DNA of 64,000 bases from assembly GCA_000708835.1 (NCBI GenBank), contig DF237045.1, forward strand, positions 145,820 to 209,819, written 5' to 3'. This document shows positions 63,326 to 64,000 of the stretch, one piece after another. The position numbers and the translations under genes were made by a program. The stretch's first letter is position 1. Every line of letters starts with the position of its first letter. The stretch is from Klebsormidium nitens. Lineage: Eukaryota > Plantae > Klebsormidiophyceae. Below the pieces are notes generated by a model that worked only from the letters and a program-made list of their open reading frames with translations, ran no database searches and was not told the origin of the DNA.

Positions 63326-64000
63326 TGGTTTGCAGAGCGACACCGGGGTGGGATTGCATAATTCTACGATACAATGATGGCCAATAACGTGGCCCCCCGT
63401 CAGCAACTAGGAAGGCTCCTTCTTGCAAGGCATCAGGTTCTGTGTAACATTGTCAATCGGTCAACGGACACCGTCCGATGCAACTCCCTCGGATCTACGT
63501 TCAATTGTCGTGCGCAACAATATGTGCGCGCGCACTAGCGCACTAGCGCACTTTGGTGCCTTGATCATTCGTTGAGCTGCGTAAAGCGACATCCAAAACA
63601 AGTGCATATATATATTGGCGCACAACGTCGTGCTGCAATGGTGCACCTCGCCCCTTCAAACAACTATTGCGTGCAACATTTTTTCTCGTGGGACTTATCG
63701 AGCGGAGGCAACTTACTCTTCGCACATTACAATGTGCACCAACCAAAACATGATGAATACCGTGAGGTTAGCATGCGCACGGAGCCGATGATGAATTTCA
63801 GGATCTAAAGGGGGCGTCGGCGTCATCGTTTACAACTTGGGGATCAATAAGTGGTCACAATGCGTACAGACCTGCAAATGATCAGTGACATGGCCACAAG
63901 CACGTGCCACGTGTGATAATTCTAAACTTAGTGTATTGACGCAGATCAAGTTCGCCTTGGTACTGCAGTTTCTTCCACGGGCCGGATGCGTAGTGTGACG

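Overview
Intron-rich eukaryotic nuclear DNA (~50% GC, GT/GC-AG introns, CTGAC-type branch points). The gene set is plant-like, so a streptophyte green alga such as Klebsormidium is a plausible source (inference only). In order: a 500-bp Harbinger/Tourist-type MITE inside an intron of a branched-chain aminotransferase (-, runs off the left edge); an SPX-RING (NLA/BAH1-like) E3 ligase (+); a ~13.7-kb, ~16-exon gene encoding a ~1,700-aa fusion of hydrophobic N-terminus, FAD-linked oxidase, SAM methyltransferase-like domain and an unnamed 'LPEW' domain (-); a PHT1/PTA-type phosphate transporter with two frameshifts and an in-frame stop (probable pseudogene, -); SAL1/FIERY1-type PAP phosphatase (-); myristoylated EF-hand/TLDc protein (+); a 911-N assembly gap; an AHK1-like hybrid histidine kinase (-) with an organelle/bacterial-type tRNA-Ile(GAU) relic in one intron; a second MITE; a universal stress protein (+); a small secreted Cys-rich ORF (-); and a decayed RNase HI-like region. 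The most striking non-genic pattern is a recurrent 'exon-edge echo': at about eight sites in three genes, ~85-160-bp units containing a splice site (or the stop codon) plus the adjacent exon end are tandemly repeated into the neighbouring intron or UTR. Gene models were assembled by eye from splice signals and phase matching; no database searches were run.
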